Below are positions 1-12,672 of a stretch of 64,000 nucleotides of DNA, one piece after another. Position 1 is the stretch's first letter; every line of letters begins with the position of its first letter. The notes beneath the pieces are model-generated. The model was not told the origin of the DNA. It searched no databases and saw only the letters and a list, made by a program, of their open reading frames with translations. Both the position numbers and the translations under genes were made by a program. Origin of the DNA: Octopus bimaculoides (taxonomy: Eukaryota); the NCBI RefSeq assembly GCF_001194135.2, contig NC_068982.1, forward strand, positions 9,406,353-9,470,352, given 5' to 3'.

Positions 1-909
1 GTGAAAACCATAATCTTACACTGCTGGTTTTGTTTTCATCTCTACGATTCTATTTTGTGCACTTGCTTCAATATTAAGGTCAGTCTTTGTGGAGAAATGC
101 CATAAAATTCTGTCATTACCTTCCGCGATTACAGTCTGAGACCATGAAATCTCTTCTTTCTCCAACATTTTGGACTTTTCTTTTTCTTTCTCTTCTTGTA
201 TCTTTTTTAGAGTTTAAGTGACTATCCAGATATTTATAGACACAGGCTGTATTCTTTCTTCCCTAAGTACAGTTTAAGTTTGTCGAAACCTCCTTCCTTT
301 CTTGTTAAGTAAAAGCTGTAAGTATTACTTTTAGAGAGCTGCGCCTTGAGCATGGTGACCACACTTCTAGTTCCCTTAATTAAATGCCAAGCTTTTGGTT
401 TCATCTCCTGTAGGAGAGAAGTAGAGTAACACAGCGAGACTATAGGCTATGTACTGATTGCTCTGTTCGTTTGCATTCTCTGTATTTGGTTTGGTTGGGA
501 GAAACTTTTCTATTGTTTGCAAACTTTCTCTCTCACTTCTCTTTCCATTATCTTATTTCTCTACAGCACCACAAGGTACTTGTTTTCTTCATTTTCTCTC
601 ATTCTTCTAAGGATATCATCTTGTGGTACCTTCATAACATTATATTTAATTTTTTCAGCCTCTCTTCATAACTGAAACTGTACAGTTATTTACCCAAATC
701 TGCACACCAATATTTTTGATAAATATGCTTGGCTCAGAGAAACCACGTTCTTCATTTAGTTTGGCGGCATCTTTACAAAGTTTGTGATCTATTTTCACCT
801 TCCTCCCAACAAGCTTATAAGCAGGTTTAGATTTTCTCATTATGCTTTGCCGAGTCTTTGACCCAAAGACGAAAAGTAATATTTTCTGGAGTATTTTCGG
901 TTTCCCCAA
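1..909 (-). pseudogene. Decayed non-LTR retrotransposon reverse transcriptase (R4/Dong-like clade), RT motifs through thumb region
   Basis: Minus-strand manual translation reads LLFVF..SIMRKSKPAYKL..KIDHKLCKDA (degenerate HLLYMDD), KNIGVQIWVNNCTVSVMKRG, ENKYLVVL*RNKIMEREVREKV, NRAIST*PIVSLCYS, and GTRSVVTMLKAQLSKSNTYSFYLTRKEGGFDKL (LYLPRKEGGRGL-like). Contains stops and frameshifts; colinear with the 57142 fragment. Confidence 0.75.
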
Positions 910-1159
910 TGATTCACATCCGCACTAGGGTTCTTCTTCTTCTTCTTCCTATGATAAACAAACTATCAATCTTTTCATTGACGTCGAGTACTTTTGATGA
1001 GCACCGCGGAAGTCAATAATGTAATGTATTTTCGTACGCTTTCTTGTAGTCGATGCAAGCAAGAGCTAAATTGTTCTGTCTTATTCGTGTCTGAGATTAT
1101 GCCGTCGATATACAACAGATCATTGATCCGTTGTGTATTACTTTTCTTATAATCCTTTC

Positions 1160-1292
1160 TCCCTCCACCTCCCTTCCACCTCCCCTCCTCCACCACCAAT
1201 CACGTCCCCTCCTCATACCCTCCTCCTCCCCTCCCCTCCTCCTCCCCCTCATCATCGTCATCGTCATCGTCATCGTTATCGTTATCGTCTCG
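1160..1292. repeat. Compound pyrimidine-rich / (CCT)n / (CATCGT)n low-complexity tract
   Basis: Direct reading of the sequence; source of the spurious Pro/His ORF 1133-1324. Confidence 0.9.
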
Positions 1293-2851
1293 CATCTATA
1301 AAAATTCGTTCTGCCATTGTTTAGAGTCATTCAAAATGAAAGTGTTCGAATATTTTGGATTGATACTTGTGCGATTAGGGAATCATTTGATAGGCTGAAC
1401 ATAATATTATTATAATTCGCAAAATATTGAAATGGCGGAAAAGGACGCATGCCCGTTCATTTGATGAGATGCGTTACACTCTTAGAAAAATTGATGCAAT
1501 TTTATCCGAATATGTTGAATGCATTACTCTTGTCTTTTTTTGCAAAATATGATGAATGATGAATGATAAATGCAATGACTGTTTCTGTACGTGACAGTAA
1601 CGATGCTTCATTTAGGGAAATATCAAGTTTATATAATATCAATCAAACAAGGTTTACTGAAATAGCAGTGGTATGAGCATACGAAAGCAGGTCAATGTTC
1701 ATAGTGATTAATCAATTCCATTATTGATAATCAATCGAATCTATAAACAGTGACACTATTCATATCAGATTCTGTTGCAGCTAATAGAGAAAGCACAACA
1801 TTTCTGTTGATTATGTGAAGAAAGAAATTTCGTATGTTGCAGCAGTACAGAATCGTACAGTTCACCGGAAACAACTAACATAATCCTAATAATGCATTTT
1901 TGATGATGGATGTCCAAACATCCATTTGTACAGTGGATAGAATATTCAAAATAACATCAGAACAGAAATACTAATTTCAGGAAATAGTTTCAATTGCAAA
2001 ATATGAGGCATTAATTTAAATCCTGTTAGATGGCTTTTGAAGCCTTTATTCGGTGAAAATATTAGCTAAAGATTACAAAGCAGTAATTAAGAATGCTTCA
2101 TATTTCGATCACAGGAAATAATTCCCTTCTCGAATGATTTCCTGAATCATTATATTCGTTATTAGAATGAGATACGCTGCATAAAATGTAATATTTTTTG
2201 GAAAATTCTAAACATGTTTATTCCTTCTATAAAGGTTGCTTTGGATTAACTCTTTTATAACATCAAACAAAATACAGTTGAGCGTATCAGACCACATGAC
2301 AAATAGCGTTTAGTGTCGACTCGCCAATATTGAAAGCACAAATCCTCGTTGGGTCACCGGTGTCCTTCATACTTCTTTAACACATACGCCATTAAAAACG
2401 TATGTAATAAGTCTTGTACTAACGCAAGAAATCAATACGGCAGAACGTAGCTTCATTAGTTACTATTATTGTATTATTGGGAAGAGATTTGAAGAATACA
2501 ATTATTTCCTGCTAATGTTACTAACAAACTATTAGCAGTGTAATGGAATTCCCTTTGCTTTTCAGTTTGACCATAACATTCAATTTTTTCTCCTTACGCG
2601 CATACATTCACACATGCCTCCTACCTACACTCACACGAACGCTTATAGGTTGTTTATGTATAAAAAAGACGAATATTATACATTATCTCTAATTCTGAGA
2701 CACACCCAACAATTTTGAGGATACGGCACGAGTGGATATTATATCTATTATATCTATTATATCTATATCTATTATATCTGTTCCTCTATAAGCATAATTC
2801 TGTCCTCAAATACATTGCGCACCCTGTATATATATATATATATATATATAT

Positions 2852-3721
2852 NNNNNNNNNNNNNNNNNNNNNNNNNNNNNNNNNNNNNNNNNNNNNNNNN
2901 NNNNNNNNNNNNNNNNNNNNNNNNNNNNNNNNNNNNNNNNNNNNNNNNNNNNNNNNNNNNNNNNNNNNNNNNNNNNNNNNNNNNNNNNNNNNNNNNNNNN
3001 NNNNNNNNNNNNNNNNNNNNNNNNNNNNNNNNNNNNNNNNNNNNNNNNNNNNNNNNNNNNNNNNNNNNNNNNNNNNNNNNNNNNNNNNNNNNNNNNNNNN
3101 NNNNNNNNNNNNNNNNNNNNNNNNNNNNNNNNNNNNNNNNNNNNNNNNNNNNNNNNNNNNNNNNNNNNNNNNNNNNNNNNNNNNNNNNNNNNNNNNNNNN
3201 NNNNNNNNNNNNNNNNNNNNNNNNNNNNNNNNNNNNNNNNNNNNNNNNNNNNNNNNNNNNNNNNNNNNNNNNNNNNNNNNNNNNNNNNNNNNNNNNNNNN
3301 NNNNNNNNNNNNNNNNNNNNNNNNNNNNNNNNNNNNNNNNNNNNNNNNNNNNNNNNNNNNNNNNNNNNNNNNNNNNNNNNNNNNNNNNNNNNNNNNNNNN
3401 NNNNNNNNNNNNNNNNNNNNNNNNNNNNNNNNNNNNNNNNNNNNNNNNNNNNNNNNNNNNNNNNNNNNNNNNNNNNNNNNNNNNNNNNNNNNNNNNNNNN
3501 NNNNNNNNNNNNNNNNNNNNNNNNNNNNNNNNNNNNNNNNNNNNNNNNNNNNNNNNNNNNNNNNNNNNNNNNNNNNNNNNNNNNNNNNNNNNNNNNNNNN
3601 NNNNNNNNNNNNNNNNNNNNNNNNNNNNNNNNNNNNNNNNNNNNNNNNNNNNNNNNNNNNNNNNNNNNNNNNNNNNNNNNNNNNNNNNNNNNNNNNNNNN
3701 NNNNNNNNNNNNNNNNNNNNN
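2852..3721. other. Assembly gap flanked by (TA)n and (CA)n microsatellites
   Basis: N run. Other gaps: 5133-6068, 16399-16522, 29641-30151, 32508-32523, 34242-34285, 39952-40603, 43603-43875, 45278-45365, 55823-55832, 56650-57061. Confidence 0.99.
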
Positions 3722-3785
3722 TATGCATACACACACACACACACACAGTCACACAAACACACACACACACACATACATACACACA

Positions 3786-3854
<69 letters not shown>

Positions 3855-4914
3855 GCACTTAGATATTACTTATGCTTGATTAAACATCTTTGAAACGTTG
3901 TAGTACTAAAAGTTGTTTTGAAAATCTAGCGAATTCTGTGCTGTACAATTCAAATGAAACTGTTTTAAGAACTATATGACTTTTCATAGTTCATTCCCAA
4001 TATAGTCTATTCCCAATAGAGTACGTTCTCTCTAAGTGAAATAAAATCAAAATCCAATTAATATTCAATCAGTTTTGTAGAGTAAATTGTTTTGGAATCT
4101 GTATTACAGTTATGTTCAAATCATTGACCTGTTAATAAATATCGTCGAGCTTGTCACATAATTATTGGTTTCATTTTGAATTGACACAAAATGTCTATAT
4201 TTTCGGGGAATAAATAAATGAAAATTATAACATTTATCTCTTTCTGAGAACCATTAACGATATAAATGAAGTGAAATTGCTCGAAATAAGAACTGAAATA
4301 TCGTTCTGATGTCTGTTTATTGAGAAATTTCCTTTCGATTTGCAACAATCCTCCGTCTCTACTGTCGATGTGTACTAATAATTATACATCTCTGAGACAT
4401 TGTTTTATCATTATGTATTTCGAAACTAATAAGAACCCGGACCGGTTATTTACAAAGCTATTATGGCTATTAGTTTTCTCGTCTTCCTTTGTCCTTAAAT
4501 TATTAACACCACTAAGAATGTACGTTCGAGATTCCCAGATGTACTTTAATTGTTTGTGGAATACTGAAAGTAGCGATAAGAAATACAAGTGGATTAAATC
4601 GAGGCCAGACTTTCTTGAAAATCGATTCCGTGGCGTTAGAAGGCAAAATTGATGTCGGCTGCTTTTCAACTCATAGCATAAAGCACGGAATTACAAAGCG
4701 CAGGATAATTTTGACTAAAACAGGCGATTACGCCCTAAACGTTCATCACTGATGTGCTTCTCTGATCTCTGCCAATTTATTGGTAATTACTATAACTGAC
4801 TGAATCAACATCAGTATATAACTTGCTCATAATGTATGTGGCAATAACTATGTGCTTCAAGTGAATAGGGAATGTCACTGGATTTACAACGGTATGTTTT
4901 TAATTGTAAGAATT

Positions 4915-5132
4915 TTAAGAAATTTGCTACTCCAAAGCATTGCTCTGGCTTCAGTACCACTGTGTGGCAGCTTTCGCAAGTGACTTCTATTGCAGCCTCG
5001 GGCCGAGTGGATTTGGTAGATTGAAACTGAAAGAAACCCGTCATATATATATATATATATATATGACGGGTTACTATTGCAGCCTCGGGCCGAGTGGATT
5101 TGGTAGATTGAAACTGAAAGAAACCCGTCATA
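4915..5132 (+). mobile_element. SINE family A, diverged 5' part, running into gap
   Basis: Aligns by eye to copy 32857 (ttcagt.ccactg.gtggca...gcaagtg.cttcta...gcctcgggccga...gtggatttggtaga..gaaactgaaagaa.cccgtc). The segment from 4987 is duplicated at 5074 next to the gap. Confidence 0.75.
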
Positions 5133-7184
5133 NNNNNNNNNNNNNNNNNNNNNNNNNNNNNNNNNNNNNNNNNNNNNNNNNNNNNNNNNNNNNNNNNNNN
5201 NNNNNNNNNNNNNNNNNNNNNNNNNNNNNNNNNNNNNNNNNNNNNNNNNNNNNNNNNNNNNNNNNNNNNNNNNNNNNNNNNNNNNNNNNNNNNNNNNNNN
5301 NNNNNNNNNNNNNNNNNNNNNNNNNNNNNNNNNNNNNNNNNNNNNNNNNNNNNNNNNNNNNNNNNNNNNNNNNNNNNNNNNNNNNNNNNNNNNNNNNNNN
5401 NNNNNNNNNNNNNNNNNNNNNNNNNNNNNNNNNNNNNNNNNNNNNNNNNNNNNNNNNNNNNNNNNNNNNNNNNNNNNNNNNNNNNNNNNNNNNNNNNNNN
5501 NNNNNNNNNNNNNNNNNNNNNNNNNNNNNNNNNNNNNNNNNNNNNNNNNNNNNNNNNNNNNNNNNNNNNNNNNNNNNNNNNNNNNNNNNNNNNNNNNNNN
5601 NNNNNNNNNNNNNNNNNNNNNNNNNNNNNNNNNNNNNNNNNNNNNNNNNNNNNNNNNNNNNNNNNNNNNNNNNNNNNNNNNNNNNNNNNNNNNNNNNNNN
5701 NNNNNNNNNNNNNNNNNNNNNNNNNNNNNNNNNNNNNNNNNNNNNNNNNNNNNNNNNNNNNNNNNNNNNNNNNNNNNNNNNNNNNNNNNNNNNNNNNNNN
5801 NNNNNNNNNNNNNNNNNNNNNNNNNNNNNNNNNNNNNNNNNNNNNNNNNNNNNNNNNNNNNNNNNNNNNNNNNNNNNNNNNNNNNNNNNNNNNNNNNNNN
5901 NNNNNNNNNNNNNNNNNNNNNNNNNNNNNNNNNNNNNNNNNNNNNNNNNNNNNNNNNNNNNNNNNNNNNNNNNNNNNNNNNNNNNNNNNNNNNNNNNNNN
6001 NNNNNNNNNNNNNNNNNNNNNNNNNNNNNNNNNNNNNNNNNNNNNNNNNNNNNNNNNNNNNNNNNNNNGATAACAAAGCCTAGGATTTGAGGAGTTTTCA
6101 GGACATTTATCAGAAAAGAGATATAGTCTTACAGCTGTTTCTTGGTCCTTATTTCCTTATTTCGAACTCAAAGATTTACCCCTCTCACATCGCCTCTGAT
6201 GAAGGGACATCCATAATATCCCAGAAACAGCTGTATGACAATATGACTTTCCTTTTAAATGTCCTGAAAACACCTCACAGCCTTGGCTTCGTTATCTACT
6301 TTTTGTCTAATATATATATAGTTTGTGTGTGTGTGTTTGTCCCCCACAGCTTAATAACTGGTGTTGGTGCGTCCATGTACCTGCAACTTGGCAGTTCAGC
6401 AAAAGATAACGGTAAAAGTTGATTCGATGAAAATGGTGATGTTCTGCGTCTGCAAATGGCAATGCGTACACTTCGAACATTTAAGCGTATTTCGCGAAGA
6501 AGAATACTAATGTTTCGATTAGAACCGTTCGTAGGGGATAGATGACATGTCATCTGGTTTTGAAGGTAAACTGAATTAGAAATATTGAAAGAATGGAAAT
6601 TTATAGCAGCGAATAAGAAAGAAGAAGTGGGGTGAGTAAGGAGGATGGGGGAAATAAAATGAATTCGTTAAGGGAACAATAACACAGCGAAGACAAAATA
6701 TAAGGATTGCGTTGGAACATATTAATGATCCAGAAAAAATAACAGAGCTGCACACACACACACAGTTACACACACAAACAACACACGTATATATACGCGC
6801 GTGTGTGTGTGTGTGTGTGCCTATGCATGTTAGTATTTAAATTAGAAAACCTACGAGATATAGAGAGACTGTAACATCTATTTATAGCAATTGTAGAATA
6901 ATGCTAGACGTGGCATTTGTAATTCCTTCGTAAATTCCGAAATATTTACAGCGTCAAGGATATAAGAATATACTGTTGAATCCATCACACGCTGAGGTTT
7001 CAATTCTTCCTATCTGTAAACCTAAGTAAACCAAAATGTATGTATGTATACATGTATGTCTTTCTTCAGTTTATTTCAAGATTTCTTGCCAATAAAGAAA
7101 GAACTAGTTTCTAATCGAGATCCAAGTTTCCTTCATTGGAATTTCAAACATTAGCAATAAGTTATTTTTGTGTCTTTGTTTGTA

Positions 7185-7545
7185 TGTATGTGTGTGCGTA
7201 TGTATGTATGTATGTATGTATGTATGTATGTATGTATGTATGAATGTATGCATGTATGTGCAGATTTGTATGTTTTATATATGTATTCTCATGGCATATA
7301 GTTACATATCTAGACATGCGCATATATATTTAAATGAGGAACTTCAGGAAAGTCTTACAGATTTTTACGGTTCCAGTGATAGATTGGATCTGTAGTCTTC
7401 GAATCAGCTTTCCCCGTTCTGGTTTAGAGAAGCCTAATTTCTCAGTATGTATGTATGTATGTACGTATGTATGTATGTATGAAGGTAGGTAAATAGGTAG
7501 GTAGGTAGGTAGGTAGGTAGGTAGGTAGGTAGGTAGGTAGGTATA
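7185..7545. repeat. (TATG)n and (TAGG)n tetranucleotide arrays (7185-7260, 7445-7545)
   Basis: Direct reading. Confidence 0.9.
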
Positions 7546-8268
7546 AGAAATACAAGTTCATATTATTTGTTCAATACATACGTTTCACCGTTGCGGTTTT
7601 ATGGATGTACCAGGAGAAATTGGATGCTTCACCGAAACAGTTCATCAAGGCAACATTTTATTGCGATTTCAAAATTTTTCCTACATTTAGCTAGTAATAC
7701 TACTAAATTATAACTGTAGTCACTATTCATTGTTAACCAGAATTTCGATGTATATTGAATGTTTTCCTGGGAGAATGATAGCTAGTATTTTAAGTTACTT
7801 AATACATGCAAACTTCAAATTATATACACGTACACACACAAGTATGTGCGTGCGTACACACTCGCGCGTGTGTATTTGTGCGCCTGTTTGTGTTTACGTA
7901 TATATTTATTTGAAAGGTGACAGCTATAAATTTCGCTGTACTAATCTCCTGATGGGAAATTCGAATAAAAGTCAGTTTCTTATGTTGTTTACAAAGGTAG
8001 CGATAAAATGTTTGGCTTTCAACAAGTTAGACGTTGGAGTTTAGTGAGGTTCAGAGTTTTGATAGATTTGATGGCTTTCAGCTGATTCTTATGTTTATCA
8101 TTTGTTGTAAGTGGTTTTGGAGCAAATATATATCAGTTTGAGGTATATGTTCGAACACATCAGGCAATGTAATGGTACATATAGAAAATATGATGGAAGG
8201 CCTTTGATCATGGGCTTAATCGCTTAGAGCTTACCAAGGATTAAAAATCGATAGTGCAAAGTACTATA

Positions 8269-8502
8269 TTTATTTCTTTATTGCCCACAGGGGGCTAAAG
8301 ATAGAGGTGACAAATAAGGACAGACAAAGGGTTTAAGTCGATTTCATCGACCCCAGAGCGTAACTGGTACTTATTTAATCGACCCCGAAAGGATGAAAGG
8401 TAAATTCGACCTCGGCGGAGCTGAAACTCAGAACGTAACGGCAGACGAAATACCGCTAAGCATTTCGTCCGGCGTGCTAACTTTTCTGCCAGCTCATCGA
8501 CT
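8269..8502 (-). mobile_element. tRNA-derived SINE family B (tail variant B2)
   Basis: Reverse complement of the family B head and core, plus the tail ...ccccctgtgggcaataaagaaataa. Flanked by a 15-bp TSD GTGCAAAGTACTATA at 8254-8268 and 8503-8517. Confidence 0.9.
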
Positions 8503-11261
8503 GTGCAAAGTACTATAATGCGCTACAGAAAAAAAAATAGTCAATGATTTCTAATATTGGTTAAGGTATATATATGTATAATAGTACGCATGTGTCACAA
8601 CAGTCAAATATCTATATAAATAACACATTCAAAGGTATATCATTCTAGTTTCAAAGGAAGTAGAACAAATACGATCTCATTTAATATCGGAGATGCAAAC
8701 CAGTATATGAAATCATTAAATATGAAAATTGTAGATATCTTGAATCATCTAAAATTTGATGGAAGCTTTTCGAATTTTCCATTTAGCAAAAAATTCATTC
8801 CCTGTAATGTTCTCCGATTCCCATTCCTTAAAAGGACTGAAAAACGTTTTATTAAAAAATCAAAGAAAAATCCTTTTAGCAACTGCATCAAATAAAACCA
8901 CGGGTTATTTTGATAAAAACAATGGCGATCCAGAAGCCAGAAATGTTTTGTATTCAACTTCCGTGAATAATACATGTGGCAATTATTAGATAAGATTTGG
9001 CGAAGCAGAACGAAACAACCAAAAGAAATACCTGAGATCCTCGACAGAATGCACTCAGTCAATCGATCACAAAAATAACTCTTCTATTTGAGATTATTTC
9101 TTCCTCACATAGACGAAGCTACAAGTTTTGATAATATTCTAATCTGCGAAAGTTTGTAACATGTTTGCCAAATAATGTATTTCTATGAAAATGTCTGAAA
9201 ATAGCAAATGTAGATGAATGCAACAACATTGACAAAACCAGCTCAGAAAGTTATCTGTTGCAATTTCTCATTTCTTGTCTTCGTGTAAACCCTTAAATTG
9301 ATGTATCTTTTACGAGAATCTTATTGAAAATTCTTTTATACATATTTTACCGCGTAGTAGTGAAACAATAGCCTATGAAAATGCAGCCGATGTCTACAGT
9401 TTATAGTAATTTGCTAGCAACAGACCATGATCAACAAGATACGCCTGTTAATTCTGTATCTGATACGAAATCGCTTAGACTAATGATTTAGATATGCACA
9501 ATAATAAACAGAGGATTTTATTTTTGTGAATTAAATTGAAAAAGACAAAAATATATTAGCCTTGTATTTATTTATGCTACAAAACGAACAGACACAACTT
9601 ACCTTCTGAACTTGCAAATTGTTTTGTGTTCTCAATTCTGGATGATTTGTGCTTGCTACATCTTCATGTATTCTTACTACATTATTGACTCTCAGAACGA
9701 CTGCCCTTTCTCGCTTCAATTTACCCATTGTAATAAAATTTCTAGCAACCCCTCAAAAGGTCACTTTCTGTCCGATGCTCATTTATTGATGCCGGACGAA
9801 ACTTCACAGTGCCATCGGCATCTCGAAGATATGCTTTGCATTTGAGATTTAATGAACAATGATCAAATCCTTGAGGGAAATTAACAGTCTTCAGCTGAGC
9901 TTTTCGGCAAATTCTTCCAGTAGTCAGCTATTTTCGATAATCGATGCATACATAAAAATGTCTTCCATTTGGAGTCTATGCACTATATTGCTAATCAAAA
10001 CGTTTGTTCGAACAAAGTTAGTTTTGTTGTATTTAATAGGCTAAATCCACCATGCATACTGCTTGCTGGAGCTGGGTAAAGGAACTTCCATTTATTGTTA
10101 ATACTGACATACATTTGCTAGATAGCAGTACAATTGCGCTCGTCCTAATTGTGAGTTCTAGAAAAAATAAAATTGACTCAAATAATTTGTGCCAATTTAG
10201 TAACACACTATGAAAAGAAAGAATGCATATCTTGAAGAGTGATTATAAAAGAATAAAAAAAACCAATTGAACAACTAAAAACGAAACTGAATAAGCTTTC
10301 ATAAATAGATATGATTAAATTGCACTCGATGGCAGAAACAAAATTAAGTTGGTTTTTATCTCACAAAATTTTGCATTTCACTAAGTATAAGTGGTTTGCC
10401 TCCTTATATCGAAACCAAGGTAGGAGCTCCTCTGATGCTTCTTTGAATCAACTTACACCACAGAAATGGCCATTGCAATGGTACACAATACAGGCCCTCC
10501 GTCCTACTAATAATTTACTGACCGTCATCAAACTTTGTTGTGCTGACACTTCTCTGTGTTTTTGTTTAACCTTTGACGCTGATACACTATTCGTTCTAAA
10601 ATTATTGCAGCTTCCTATACGGTATGTTTTTCTGTGCCCTTAAGGACAAAGGTTAAAGAGATGTAGATTGAATGATAGATTGCAAATCAAAGCACTTTCA
10701 ACTACATAGCTGCAAAGACACAATGAGGAATATAGAACTTTGACTCGGAACGTTGTTTATGGAGAAGTAATCTAAGTAAATGCAAATATTGTATAATGAA
10801 TACAGTGGCTTTGAAGAATATGAATATGAATTACGCCATCTTTAAAATAAATACATTCAATTAAAAACTTTTAAGAGATTATTTATTAAGCCTTGACATT
10901 GGGGTAATTTCGTTTCTAATTGTTTCATAGAAACATTTTTATTTAATGTAAATAAATTTTATATGAAATAGACCATTTTAAATGGACAAAAAATTGAAAT
11001 TTGGGATTTTGTGTTCTTGTCGACAACAAAACAGACGAGTTTCGAACAAGCGTTCATGAAATTAATACTAAATGTGAAGTCACACAATTTGATTGCCATA
11101 AATGAATAATTATTATTCATAGGGAGATGTGATTACCATTATTTACAATATATTCAAATAAGATTGGTATCCAAATCTGTAATTCAGAATAATTTTACGA
11201 GGAAGGCAACATCCCTTAAATTGACATATATTCGAGATAAAGTGTAGCTAATTAATTGAAG

Positions 11262-11869
11262 CGATCTTTTTTAAAACGGGGCCACATTTTTCATTAACGA
11301 AACACTTTGAAACTTGGAACACTGGTAGAATGTGTCATATAAAACATCTTTTTCTCTTAGTCTTCTTAAAAAAAAAGAAATCCATAAATTATTCCATGTT
11401 AAAGTTGTCGTATTTCTGTAATTTCAACCAATCACTGACGTCCATTCAGCCGATATAGATTAAGTGTCGACTACATAAACAAACGATTCTGAAACAATTA
11501 ACCCTAACCCTAACCCTAACTCTAACCCTAACCCTAACCCTAGGGTTAAGGTTAGGGTTAGGGTTAGGGTTAGGGTTAAAGCAAATTTAAAATGAAAAAA
11601 GCTAATAAAACGAAGGTATGGAGATTAAATACGCTTTACATCGCTTAATCAGCCAAAGGAGTAAATCTAAACAACTGAATACTTGTCAGTGATTGGTTGA
11701 AATTATCGAAATAAGACCATTTTTTACATGAAATAAATTCGAATACAAAAATATTTTTCTGTTCTATAACACAAAATAGATAAGTATACGAAGTTTGAAA
11801 GTCTTTCGGTACCAAAAACACTACGTAAAACATTAATGAAAAATGTGGCCCCCGTTTTAAAAAAGATCC
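11262..11869. mobile_element. Non-autonomous DNA transposon (MITE) with ~37-bp TIRs, 8-bp TSD and internal telomeric-repeat palindrome, copy 1
   Basis: TIR consensus GGATCTTTTTTAAAACGGGGGCCACATTTTTCATTAA; first base here is C. Perfect TSD AATTGAAG at 11254-11261 and 11870-11877. Homologous to 35670 and 36998 in the opposite orientation. Confidence 0.92.
11499..11578. repeat. Interstitial (TAACCC)7-TA-(GGGTTA)6 palindrome inside MITE
   Basis: Units counted directly; centre CCCTAGGG at 11538-11545; one variant unit per arm. Confidence 0.95.
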
Positions 11870-12458
11870 AATTGAAGTATATCCTCATTTCTGATAACCA
11901 TCTGCTACCTTATACGAGTTGTTATAATTGAATGCATAGTTTAATGTACACGGTAGAATATCTATTCGTATTACGGCTATTCTGAGAAAGCGGGCTCTCT
12001 ATTATTACCGAATAAAGCCAAACGCCGTATATAAAATATATTCCCAATATATAAAATATTGCGATGTTCATGAATAGACTATTGAAAAATAAATTTTCAT
12101 CTCGCAGCTAATAAAAGACGGGAGTATTAGTCATATACTCTTACATGCCAAACATTTCATATAATCTGATGTTAATATTTAACAATAAAAGGCAGAAACA
12201 TGTGACACGTCAGAGAGAAATTTTGTGGTAAAGAACTTTCAATTTCGTTGAACAAATTTTGTCAATCTTTAACGTATAAAACTTCAGAGATAAGTTCAAA
12301 TTTTATAGATTCTTATAAAATCACAACTATAGTCCAGCAGAACGATGATCCTCGCCGAATGGCTGACCCTTTCTACCGGTTTGACACTGAAACTAATATT
12401 TCATTACTTGTATTTTATTTACTAAAACTTCGGGAGGCATGAGTATTCATTTATTTAA

Positions 12459-12672
12459 GGCGGCGAGCTGGCAGAATCGTTAGCACGCCGGGCGAAATGC
12501 TAAGCGGTATTTCGTCTGTCTTTATGTTCTGAGTTCAAATTCCACCGAGGTCGACTTTACCTTTAATCCTTTCGGAGTCGATAAACTAAGTACCGGTTGC
12601 GTACTGGGGTCGACCTAATCGAATGGCCTCTTCCCCAAAAATTTCAGGCCTTGTGCCTAGAGTAGAAAGGAA
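12459..12672 (+). mobile_element. tRNA-derived SINE family B (tail variant B1)
   Basis: Head ggcggcgagctggcagaatcgttagc, B-box-like gagttcaaattcc, tail ggccttgtgcctagagtagaaag. 13-bp TSD TATTCATTTATTT at 12444-12456 and 12673-12685. Confidence 0.92.

Noticed and set aside
4987-5132. Tandem duplication plus aacccgtca(TA)n tgacgggtt hairpin next to the gap
   Set aside because: Most likely a contig-end artefact from strand flipping in self-complementary (TA)n. The 30-bp duplication across the 55823-55832 gap is likewise a scaffolding overlap.
9700-10000. Minus-strand TPNGRHFYVCIDYRK resembling the Ty3/Gypsy RT motif
   Set aside because: Stops on both sides, wrong spacing to the next motif and no YxDD; too weak without a profile search.
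11499-11578. Telomere or chromosome-fusion scar
   Set aside because: The arrays lie inside a TIR element with a TSD, recur in three copies, and have the polarity opposite to an end-to-end fusion.
11645-11833. Recurrent ORF MFYVVFLVPKDF... (also 35706 and 36962)
   Set aside because: Its conservation simply reflects the three MITE copies; no transposase motif and stops differ.
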